From Basidiobolus meristosporus CBS 931.73 (lineage: Eukaryota; Fungi; Basidiobolomycota): a stretch of DNA of 64,000 nt. The position numbers and the translations under genes are program-made. The notes beneath the pieces were generated by a model. The model searched no databases. It was given only the letters and a program-made list of their open reading frames with translations, and was not told where the DNA came from. Position 1 is the first letter of the stretch. Each line of letters opens with the position of its first letter. The DNA lies in the NCBI GenBank assembly GCA_002104905.1, contig MCFE01000013.1:124001-188000 (forward strand), given 5' to 3'. Positions 54,116-64,000 of this stretch are shown here, in pieces.

Positions 54116-55168
54116 TTAGTGGTTGTGCATGTCAAGGATGATACGTCCGGCAATCTTGCCAGCGTGCATATCCTCGTAGATCTGGGGAATCTTCTCCAAA
54201 TCCATGACCTTGTAGTGGCATCTGACCTTACCGCGAGCAGCGAAGTCAAGAGCCTCAGCAAGATCTTGACGGTTACCAACAATGGAACCACGGATGGTCA
54301 AACGTTGGAGGACAAGATCGAACACGGGGAAGGTGCCCTTGGCTCCGGCGGGAAGGGCAATGCAGGCAACAGTACCCCAACGACGAGTGTAGTCAACAGC
54401 TTGTTGGAAGGGCTTCTCAGCAGGGGACAAGAGCAAGACACCATGGGATCCTCCACCGGTGACCTCCTTGACAGTGGCAACAACATCATCCTTCATGAAG
54501 TCAACAAAGTAGTCAGCTCCGAGCTCTTCAACACAAAGCTTTCTCTTGTCATCACCGGTATCGACGGCAACAACGTTCATGCCCATAGCCTTGGCATACT
54601 GGACAGCCAAGTGACCAAGACCTCCACCAGCACCAACAATGGTGACGAATTGGCCAGAGCGGACCTCAGTCTCCTTGAGACCCTTGTACACGGTGACACC
54701 GGCACAGAGGATAGGAGCAGCTTCGATGAGGGGAAGGTTGTCGGGAATGCGGGCAACGTGGGAGGCACGGGCAACACAGTACTCTTGGAAACTGCCGTCA
54801 ACGCTGTAGCCAGACATGTGTTGGTTGGGGCACACAGTCTCACGACCTTGGATGCAGTACTCGCAGGTCATACAGGCAGAGTGGAGCCAGACAACTCCGA
54901 CAGAGTCGCCAATCTTGAGGTCCTTGACGTTGCTACCGAGAGCAACAACCTTACCGGCACCTTCGTGACCACCGACCAAGGGGAGCTTGGTGGGGATAGG
55001 CCAGTCACCCTCGGCGGCGTGGAGATCAGTGTGGCAGACACCGGTGTACTCGATCTTGACGAGAACATCATCAGGTCCGGGAGTAGGGACAGGGATAGTT
55101 TGGATCTCAACGGGTTTCTCGTGAGATTCGATGACAGCAGCCTTTTGGGTCTTGGGGATTTGGCACAT
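54116..55168 (-). CDS. ADH: Alcohol dehydrogenase ADH-15, 350 aa
   Basis: Complete ORF from MCQIPKT (55168). Confidence 0.95.
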   Translation of the reverse strand: MCQIPKTQKAAVIESHEKPVEIQTIPVPTPGPDDVLVKIEYTGVCHTDLHAAEGDWPIPTKLPLVGGHEGAGKVVALGSNVKDLKIGDSVGVVWLHSACMTCEYCIQGRETVCPNQHMSGYSVDGSFQEYCVARASHVARIPDNLPLIEAAPILCAGVTVYKGLKETEVRSGQFVTIVGAGGGLGHLAVQYAKAMGMNVVAVDTGDDKRKLCVEELGADYFVDFMKDDVVATVKEVTGGGSHGVLLLSPAEKPFQQAVDYTRRWGTVACIALPAGAKGTFPVFDLVLQRLTIRGSIVGNRQDLAEALDFAARGKVRCHYKVMDLEKIPQIYEDMHAGKIAGRIILDMHNH

Positions 55169-56127
55169 CTTGAAAAGATTGTTGTTTTGCAAGTTGATCC
55201 ATGCCCACTATATATACTTGGTGCAGCATATCGCCAAGCCTGGTTGTACCTTCCCGGATAATTGATGTATCCTTACTGCTTATCATTCTTTGTATTAGTG
55301 ATTAAGGAAATATATGAGGTCTGTATCAATGTTTGGAGACACACGCATATCGTTGATGCAAACTACCTCAACGGCATGTTTATGGTTAGCTAATGGTGAT
55401 GCCTACATGCAGATCTAGAATCCATGTAGAAATTTTACCCATTTGACCATGAAGATCTCGATTCATTGAGACCCTAACCCTAACCTACCTCCGGTCGGCG
55501 TTCATAATGTACCCTTTTCGTCTATTGATTTCCAGGTTTTCAGATATTGATTGAGAATGGCGCATACGATATGATGGGATTATCCAGGTTAAGAACGATG
55601 ATTCGTATTTACTTATCTCTGATCGAATCCTTTTTTGGTGAACATTGGATTCTCATTGATCAATAAAAAATTTCTACGCCAATCGAGTTTCAATTCTAGA
55701 GCTACCTTGAAGCGGTTCATAAGTCTAGTCATTGATATCTTCATAATATTGCCAGAAATCTAGAGGTATCGGGTTCGCAGCTCAATCCTTAATAATAAAC
55801 CTTATCCTTCATTTGAGGACTGTTTCGGCATTTTTAATTGCCACCCATACTTTCGTCTTTGTATGTGTCCATTAGTATTACGCTGCCCCTACCAGTATGA
55901 TCCCATATATTGTCGTTCTGCTACTTGCATGGCGATCCAAACACTCAATCTACTGTGAGCCAGTAAATGGGTGCCACCTTCCGAATAGTACAGTTTTAGA
56001 AATCGAGAATTACCTTATTCCGTATATATCTCCCCTAGTTTGCATGTATATCCTGATTTGTCAACTACTTGTATTTACACATTGTGATTTCTATTTATTC
56101 TTGGATAATTTGTACATTTACTCTAAT

Positions 56128-57180
56128 TTAATGGTTGTGCATGTCAAGAATAATACGTCCGGCAATCTTGCCAGCGTGCATATCCTCGTAGATCTGGGGA
56201 ATCTTCTCCAAATCCATGACCTTGTAGTGGCATCTGACCTTACCGCGAGCAGCGAAGTCAAGAGCCTCAGCAAGATCTTGACGGTTACCAACAATGGAAC
56301 CACGGATGGTCAAACGCTGGAGGACAAGATCGAACACGGGGAAGGTGCCCTTGGCTCCGGCGGGAAGGGCAATGCAGGCAACAGTACCCCAACGACGAGT
56401 GTAGTCAACAGCTTGTTGGAAGGGCTTCTCAGCGGGGGACAAGAGCAAGACACCGTGGGATCCTCCACCGGTGACCTCCTTGACAGTGGCAACAACATCA
56501 TCCTTCATGAAGTCAACAAAGTAGTCAGCTCCGAGCTCTTCAACGCAAAGCTTTCTCTTGTCATCACCAGTATCGACGGCGACAACGTTCATGCCCATAG
56601 CCTTGGCATACTGGACAGCCAAGTGACCAAGACCTCCACCAGCACCAACAATGGTGACGAATTGGCCAGAGCGGACCTCAGTCTCCTTGAGACCCTTGTA
56701 CACGGTGACACCGGCACAGAGGATAGGAGCAGCCTCGATGAGAGGAAGGTTGTCAGGAATGCGGGCAACGTGGGAGGCACGAGCAACACAGTACTCTTGG
56801 AAACTGCCGTCAACACTGTAGCCAGACATATGTTGGTTGGGGCACACAGTCTCACGACCTTGGATGCAGTACTCGCAGGTCATACAGGCAGAGTGGAGCC
56901 AGACAACTCCGACAGAGTCGCCAATCTTAAGGTCCTTGACGTTGCTACCGAGAGCAACAACCTTACCGGCACCTTCGTGACCACCGACCAAGGGAAGCTT
57001 GGTGGGGATAGGCCAGTCACCCTCGGCGGCGTGGAGATCAGTGTGGCAGACACCGGTGTACTCGATCTTGACGAGGACGTCATCAGGTCCGGGAGTGGGA
57101 ACAGGGATGGTTTGAATCTCAACGGGTTTCTCGTGAGATTCGATGACAGCAGCCTTTTGGGTCTTGGGGATTTGGCACAT
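56128..57180 (-). CDS. ADH: Alcohol dehydrogenase ADH-16, 350 aa
   Basis: Complete ORF; protein matches ADH-15. Confidence 0.96.
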   Translation of the reverse strand: MCQIPKTQKAAVIESHEKPVEIQTIPVPTPGPDDVLVKIEYTGVCHTDLHAAEGDWPIPTKLPLVGGHEGAGKVVALGSNVKDLKIGDSVGVVWLHSACMTCEYCIQGRETVCPNQHMSGYSVDGSFQEYCVARASHVARIPDNLPLIEAAPILCAGVTVYKGLKETEVRSGQFVTIVGAGGGLGHLAVQYAKAMGMNVVAVDTGDDKRKLCVEELGADYFVDFMKDDVVATVKEVTGGGSHGVLLLSPAEKPFQQAVDYTRRWGTVACIALPAGAKGTFPVFDLVLQRLTIRGSIVGNRQDLAEALDFAARGKVRCHYKVMDLEKIPQIYEDMHAGKIAGRIILDMHNH

Positions 57181-59020
57181 CTTGAAAAGATTGTTGCAGA
57201 GCCAAGTACGGGTGTAGTGTGTATATATACTTCATTTAAGGTTAGACCTAGTTTCCACGCTTAATCATTCTAGCCATTGATACAACCAAACACCCAGTTC
57301 TTGGAGCGAGGTCGGGCTATATGACGCTGACTGTAGTATACGTATTCGCGGTGCCCAACCGATATATTCGACCAAAACGACAGCTTGTTTACCAGGGGAT
57401 TTGTGTTTTTCCAAAATAGTATCATGGTTGACAAGTTCTTACCACAATGGTTTGACCTCATGTAGGAATGAGTTTAGCGAAGCAATCTTTCGGTGTCGCC
57501 TTGGTAAACCTTGAGCCGTATGGAACTGGATTCCAAATTCCATCTTATCTTACCAATCGCCCCGTCTATCAGTCTATCGGTTTTATCCGACCTTGAATGG
57601 GACTTTTTGGAGGATCCCTTTGGCCCTAATTCCCATAACCTACGTGCTGCCACTTTCAATTATTGTTAGTGTTAGGGTAGGTGGGGTACAGAACCGAACT
57701 TTCTGTTTAGGAAATATTTACTTACCCTTGATTTTCAATAGGATCCTTCCCGCTGTCGCGATCAGATTCGACCAATGAATACTATATTCGGCATTGCCAA
57801 ACGTAGTGCCTAGGTGAGAATTCTAGAGTTGACGATTCACCCACCCTTCGGTGGTTACGTGTTGGTAATGAAATCTAGGTCCCCTTACTCACATGGGTGG
57901 GTAAATCTTTGCCGGCTATAGATAGATTTCCACAGCTTCCCCATCTCCGTGGTTTCCCAGATTCTTACCTGCTTAAATCCCCGCATGCAACTATGTTTAG
58001 GAGAGATTAAATATGGTAAATCTGGTTTAAAAAACGTAGAATGATGGCTCCTGAAGTGGTGGGTTGCTTCATGCGATGTTCATTGATATCCCCTCATGTA
58101 TGGATATGTTGTTCATTCGAAGAAGTATTTCACCAGTGTGCACGCAGCAATGTTGGCTTTGGAAAATCTTCTGATTTGGGCCATGCTTGTCTTTTCAAAA
58201 TAGCTACCATTCTTTTACTTTTTTAATCCCGGGGATATTGATTATGCTTGCGATGGGCCTACTGCGTTTGAGAGTGGCTAGACATATGGGGCAGATGGGA
58301 GGATGCATTGCTTAACTATTACGTGCCTTGTATATATCAAACATTCGGAGATTAAAATGCTCCCGAAATATGGAAGTTTTTGATGTTGTCTCCCTGTCTC
58401 GGGCTAGATGACCACACGTGGTGTTTGAACCCGTGGCTTCGGTGTATTGGATTTGGCTATGCTAAGGTCTTGACTGCTCGCCTCAGCATTGGGTTCTGGA
58501 CATAGGCAGGGTAGCGAGAACACGGGTTCGTGGTGACCTTGTTTGGGGACGTCGATCTAAATTTGAGGAGGGTAGTTTCGCTCCCCGTGGCAATGGTGGA
58601 TGGTTCCTCGACCAACGTCGAGAAATACGATTGAAAATGGATAGGCTCGCAATTGTTGCTCCTTTACTTTTATCTTTTTCATATGACGTGTCGATGTTAG
58701 GAATCTCCCTGAGGATTTTCGGTCTGGATATGGAATCATGCAAGCAACCTCGTTTCTCAACCGTAGATGGACGTAACATCCTCATGACCTGGCATGCTAT
58801 AGATCGTGTTTGGACTGAGGCCATCAACTGTACATCTCGTTAATGCTTTTGATAAAATCTGGCGTACAGTACATCCACTCTGCTAAATATGTTGTTGTTC
58901 ACTATGTTTAGTCACTCCCTTTCCGAATTTATCACAAGCTAGATGATCGATTTAGCAAAAATATTATTCAAGGATGATTTCTATTTATTCTTGAGGGGTA
59001 ATTTACAGACTTGATCTAAT

Positions 59021-59666
59021 TTAATGGTTGTGCATGTCAAGGCTGATACGTCCGGCAATCTTGCCAGCCTGCATGTCCTCGTAAATTTGTGCAGTTTGAT
59101 CCATTCCCATGACCCTGTAGTGGTAATTGACCTTGCCACGAGCAGCAAAGTCAAGAGCCTCAGCAAGATCTTGATGGTTACCAACAATGGAACCACGGGT
59201 GGTCAACTGTTGGAGGACAAGATCGGACACGGGGAAGGTATCCTTGGCTCCAGCTGGAAGGGTAATGCAGGCAACAGTACCCCAGCGATGAGTGTAGTCA
59301 ACAGCTTGTTGGAAGGGCTTCATTTGGGCAACATGAGAGCCACGAGCCACACAGTACTCTTGGAAACTGCCATCAACACTGTATCCAGACAACTCTGACA
59401 GAGTCGCCATTCTTGAGGTGCTTGACATTGCTACCGAGAGCAGCAATCTTACCTGATCCTTCGCGACTACCGACCAAAGTGAGCACGATGGGGATAGGCC
59501 AGTCACCCTCGGCGGCGTGGAGGTCAGTGTGGCAGATACCGGTGTACTCGATCTTGACGAGGACGTCATCAGGTCCGGGAGTAGGGACAGGGATAGTTTG
59601 GATCTCAACGGGTTTCTCGTGAGATTCGATGACAGCGGCTTTTTGAGTCTTGGGGATTTGGGACAT
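59021..59666 (-). pseudogene. ADH-17 pseudogene
   Basis: GHEGAG has become SREGSG. One deletion removes the structural-Zn lobe and a second removes most of the NAD-binding domain; frameshifted. Confidence 0.9.
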
Positions 59667-60011
59667 CTTGTAAAATTAGCTGACAAGACCGAAGTCAAGT
59701 CTCCACCCTATATAAACACTTGTAGATCACACTCGCTGCGCATCGAATATGCTTGGATCAAGTCTGTATCCGGGGATCTGGTTTGTTAGTTCATGATACT
59801 GAGCCGTATCACGAAAAATACCAAAGCAATTTGATCTGCATGGAAATGGGAAATAATCGAACCAGTCATCACACTGCGATTAATCGGCTGATCATCTGAC
59901 AATAATTGCTTAAAGGGATGAGCGACTTTAAGCAAATTTTCGTTGAAAATTTTTGATTCAACCGAGGTATAATTACTGCTCACAAGCAGTCATGATTTCC
60001 GTATTCCTATC

Positions 60012-60890
60012 ATGTTCTTGCTACTCAATAGAGCCCGGCCAGCGCTGAGCGTGCAGCTACCGAGATCCCTTTCTACCAGTCGCGCGTTCACCACTTCTGT
60101 ACGACTTCTACAAGTCAACGCTCAGGCGAGACCACAACCGAAAGAGGTCGTTTCTTCACCCAAGCAGGAACCAGAGCAACCAAAGTATACCCCTTTGAAG
60201 CAAGAGCCAGCTCCCATACCGGTAAAGAAGCATCTGGCACTGAAGAAAGTCTTCCTCAAGCCATGCTACGGAACAGGACGCTTGGGAGATGCCGAAGTGT
60301 ACGTGCTAAAGGATCCCTTTGAGGTGGACTCGGGCATCAAGCATTTGCTGAGTAGTATCAGAATGGAGAAGGACCACGCGTTGAAGTGTGTAGGCTTTGA
60401 CACGGAGACCACCGTCAAATTCCACCAACCCCGTCAAAAAGTTTCGCTCATACAACTTGGTAACGACAACGTTTGCTTGCTGATCCAGATCTCCAGAATG
60501 TTGAGAAAGGGTCACCCATTCCCCAAGTCATTGAAGGATATCTTGCAGAACCCGGACATCCTGAAGGTTGGCGTCGCCGCTTCCGGGGACGGGAAGCACC
60601 TTGAAGAATCTTACGGGGTTCAAACCAACGGGATCGTTGATCTTGAAAACATCGCCAAGAAGTTGAACGAGGAAGGATTGTCTCTGGCTAAGCTGGCCGC
60701 CAAGTATGCCGACGGCCTGGAGTTGGTCAAGAACAAGAAGAAGATCCTCCGTTTCAGGTGGGAGGAAACCCTTGACCATGAGCGTATCATGTACGCTGCC
60801 CAGGATGCTGTTTCAGGCTATAGAATTTACAAGAATTTGCTCATCAAACAGAGGGAGGTCAATGAGGCTGCAAAAGCCTCTTCACAATAA
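60012..60890 (+). CDS. DnaQ-like 3'-5' exonuclease (WRN-exo/EXD2-like), 292 aa, with a mitochondrial-type N-terminus
   Basis: ExoI VGFDTET, VSLIQLG, ILKVGV..GD (ExoII region), ExoIII YAAQDA. N-terminus MFLLLNRARPALSVQLPRSLSTSRAFTTSVRLL is Arg/Ser-rich and non-acidic. Confidence 0.85.
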   Translation: MFLLLNRARPALSVQLPRSLSTSRAFTTSVRLLQVNAQARPQPKEVVSSPKQEPEQPKYTPLKQEPAPIPVKKHLALKKVFLKPCYGTGRLGDAEVYVLKDPFEVDSGIKHLLSSIRMEKDHALKCVGFDTETTVKFHQPRQKVSLIQLGNDNVCLLIQISRMLRKGHPFPKSLKDILQNPDILKVGVAASGDGKHLEESYGVQTNGIVDLENIAKKLNEEGLSLAKLAAKYADGLELVKNKKKILRFRWEETLDHERIMYAAQDAVSGYRIYKNLLIKQREVNEAAKASSQ

Positions 60891-61377
60891 CTTGCATCCA
60901 ACATCTTTTCATTCACTAGACTGCATAATAAACCTCCTTTTGTAACTAATTCATTTGGATAACATCCAGTCTGTCTCAATTTCTCAACTGGTGCTGCTGA
61001 TGTTGTGTTGTATAACCCTTTGGGTGAATCATATACTCTCAGGGGAACTTTGTAAATCTAGCACTAATACATTCTTAAGGAAGGTTCCAGGAAACTGCAT
61101 GCAAAGTTTGGGGGCTTTTGGTCAGCTTTGAGAGTAAAAATCACTACCAGACCTTCACTAATTCCAAGAATTAGCCAATATCTTATAAACTAAACCCTAT
61201 GAAATGTAACTTTGATGATCCCATCACAAAATCAAAATCCCAGGACTGAGAGGTACTGATGTCATTAGGAAGCTGTGTAAAAGCTCTTGGAAAAAACTGC
61301 ACCTTGGATTTCCAAAAATACTTGGTCAAAATTTCTCACCTTGTCAGTCCCTAAGCTGCTTTTGATTGGTTCTCTGC

Positions 61378-61887
61378 CTTTGCAATCTTTGAGTTTCCAA
61401 ACAAGTACTGCTGACCATAATATCTACTATAAGCCAGAAGGAGAAAATCCTATTAGCACTATTTGTGGATGATCTTATTATAGATATCAATAACCAAGAA
61501 ACCTTGGAGGAGACTAAATCCAGCCCATCTAAAAAGTTCAAGATATCCAATCTAGGAGAATTCAGTTACTACTTTGGGATAAAGTTTTCCATAGACAGAG
61601 GTACCCAGACAATCACCCTAAGCCAATTCAAGTATATTCAAGATTTACCAAAGTAACACCAAATGCAAGACTGTATACCAGCAGCCACCCCAATGGAGAC
61701 AAACATTAACTTGGTCAAAGCTCAACCATATCAAGAGAGCTTGGTGCCTTCTGAAAGCCCAGAGTCCCTTAGAAATCTATGGTCAAGAGTCTGATGTATA
61801 TCATGCTTAAAACACAACACAATATCTCAGATTCAGTGGGAGTTACCAGCCAGCATAATCAGAACTATGGATCTGATCATATTGCAG
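61378..61887 (+). mobile_element. Degenerate copia reverse-transcriptase fragment, inverted relative to the copy at 63.1-63.6 kb
   Basis: FVDDLII, ETKS, KFKISNLGEFSYYFGIKFSIDR and ATPMETNINLVK motifs, homologous to the minus-strand element; frameshifts and stops. Confidence 0.85.
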
Positions 61888-61998
61888 CAGACCATGTAAA
61901 AGTATAAATACTACTGCTATGTTCAATAAATCATTGAGTAAAAATCACATAATTTAGGAGTTCTCCTAATCACTTCAAATATCCCCAAGACCCTTACA
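61888..61998 (+). repeat. 3' part of a copia LTR (TATA, AATAAA, ends ..CTTACA)
   Basis: Aligns with the reverse complement of 62168-62280. Confidence 0.75.
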
Positions 61999-62060
61999 AC
62001 AGACCTTTCTCTCCAATATATGCAAATGCCTAATATGGTACACTACTTGACAGTGCTTTT

Positions 62061-62167
62061 TGTGGCTAAAATATGTAGTTCCACCAAAATATTCCCCTGA
62101 CTTGGTCACTTAGATCATTAACTACAAATCTTAGAGAATACAGACCAAATATCTTGCTGGAATTTGC
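62061..62167 (+). repeat. 5' 107 bp of a copia LTR, interrupted by the minus-strand element
   Basis: tgtggctaaaatatgtagttccacc... aligns end-to-end with the first ~107 nt of the 62168-62512 LTR. Confidence 0.75.
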
Positions 62168-62512
62168 TGTAAGAGTCTTGAGATATTGGAAGTGATTGTG
62201 AGGACAAGTAGATTATGTGGTTTTCACTTAATGATTTATTGAATGTAAAAGTAGTATTTATACTTTTACCTGGTCTTGGCATTACAAGCACATAGAATAG
62301 GCTAAGGAAGGTCCCAAGAACATGTGTGCAAAGCTTGGGGCTGTTTGGACAACTTTGAGAATTTTCATGTTCTGGGTACCTGGTATTTTGGTGAAAATAT
62401 TCTAAGTAAATCCCAACAAGGAATTTGGTCAGTATTCTCTAGGATTTGAAGGTAATGATCTAAGTGACTAAGTTAGGTGAATATTTAGGTGGAAATACAA
62501 ATTTTTACAACA
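62168..62512 (-). repeat. 3' LTR (345 bp) of the copia element
   Basis: On - it starts TGTTG right after the polypurine tract GAGTGGGAG (62513-62521), contains GTATAAAT and AATAAA, and ends CTTACA. Confidence 0.8.
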
Positions 62513-64000
62513 CTCCCACTCAGCTAAATGTTCATACTGACTAGTCCTAATTTTGACCTAAGATATTCAGACTTGTCTCTAGCTAATGGTTTGGTAAATA
62601 TGTCTGCAATCATTTCATCTGTAGGACAGTAAACTAAGCTAACTAAGTTATTCTCTATAGATTCATGTATAAAATGATGTCTAATATCTATGTGCTTGAT
62701 TCTAGCATGAAAAGTTGGATTTCTACCTAATTGTAAACATCCTTGATTATCTTGAAATAAAGTAATAGGCATTTTTGACATAGGCCTAAATCTGTAAAGT
62801 TCTCTTAACCATATTGCTTCTTTTGTAGCCTTGCAGGCTGCCATATACACTGCCTCTGTGGTGGAAAGTGCTGCAGTTGGTTGCTTCTTGAATTCCATGA
62901 AATTGCTCCTTTACAGTAAAGAAAGGTGTATCCTGTGGTGGATCTTCTGTCTTCTAAATTTTGTCCCCAATCAGCATCAGAGTATCCCACAAGATCCTGT
63001 TCTGAATCCTTATAAGTGTATCTTAAGCAGATATCAGCAGTTCCTTTTAGGTATCTAAAAATCCGCTTAACTGCTGCAATATGATCAGATCCATGGTTCT
63101 GATTATGTTGGCTGACAACTCCCACTGAATATGAGATATCTGGACATGTTCCAAGCATGATATACATCAGACTGCCAACCATAGATTGATAAGGAAAGTC
63201 AGGGCTTTCAGATGGCACCAAGCTCTCTTGATTTGGTTGAGTTTTGACCAAGTTAAGGTTTGTCTCCATTGGGGTAGCTGCTGGTTTACAGTCTTCCATT
63301 TGGTACTTCTTTAGTATATCTTGGATATACTTGGATTGGCTTAGGGTGATAGTCTGGGTACTTCTGTCTATGGAGAACTTAATCCCTAAGTAGTAATTAA
63401 GTTCTCCTAGATTGGACATCTTGAACTCCTTAGATAGGCTAGATTTAGTCTCTTCCAATGTTTCTGGGTTATTGGCGGCTATAATAAGTTCATCCACATA
63501 TAGAGGTAATAGAACTGGACTTGCTCTATCTGGCTTATAGTATATACTATAGTCAGCATTACTCCTTTTGAAACTCAAGGATTCCAAATAAGAATCTATC
63601 TTGCAATTCCAGGCTCTTGGTGATTGTTTGAGACCATAAAGTGACTTTTTATGCTTGCAGACCAAATGGGGGTTATCTTGGTCAACAAGCCCATCAGGCT
63701 GGTCCATATACATATCCTCATCAAGCTCTCCATTCAAAATGCAGTTTTTACATCCATTTGATGAATAAAAAACTCATATTTGGCTGCAATAGCTAATATT
63801 AATCTGATGGAATTGAACTTGGCTACCGGTGCAAAGGTCTCAGTATAGTCAAGTCCTTTTGCTTGAGAGTATCCTTTGGCTACAAGTCTTGCTTTGTATC
63901 TTTCAATTGTACCATCAGGTTTGTATTTTGTCTTGAAGACCCATCTGCATCCAATTGATTTTTGGTTGATTGGTAATTTGACTAAGTCCCAAGTTTGATT
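62513..64000 (-). mobile_element. Ty1/copia retrotransposon pol (RT plus RNase H), degenerate, continues beyond the window
   Basis: [72 protein letters not shown] and ADIFTKPL motifs. At least three frameshifts; catalytic YVDD reads YVDE. Confidence 0.95.

Noticed and set aside
62061-62512. About 100-bp inverted repeat suggesting a MITE or hairpin RNA
   Set aside because: Explained by two oppositely oriented LTRs of the same copia family.

Overview
Eukaryotic (fungal-type) genomic DNA: short GTAAGT..CTAAT..AG introns, TATA boxes, a Ty1/copia retroelement and piggyBac-like relics. An early-diverging fungus is plausible, but the species cannot be fixed from sequence alone. Positions 1-59.7 kb are one array of the two ethanol-fermentation genes. 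There are 10 pyruvate decarboxylase (PDC) loci, all on + (8 complete and intact, 1 cut by the window edge, 1 with a single frameshift). There are 17 Zn-dependent alcohol dehydrogenase (ADH) loci, all on - (14 intact, 1 single frameshift, 2 deletion pseudogenes). Five ADH/PDC pairs sit head-to-head across 0.7-1.2 kb shared promoters. Decayed ADH remnants lie between tandem PDCs and decayed PDC remnants between tandem ADHs, so the ancestral repeat unit was probably a divergent ADH<->PDC cassette that was amplified and then pruned. Most copies are near-identical, including the PDC intron, while their flanks have diverged, which points to gene conversion. One older divergent pair and one ADH with a mitochondrial-type presequence are embedded in the array. 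The right end has an EXD2/WRN-like 3'-5' exonuclease gene and a nest of copia fragments almost free of CpG. Copies are numbered left to right (PDC-1..10, ADH-1..17). All alignments were made by eye.
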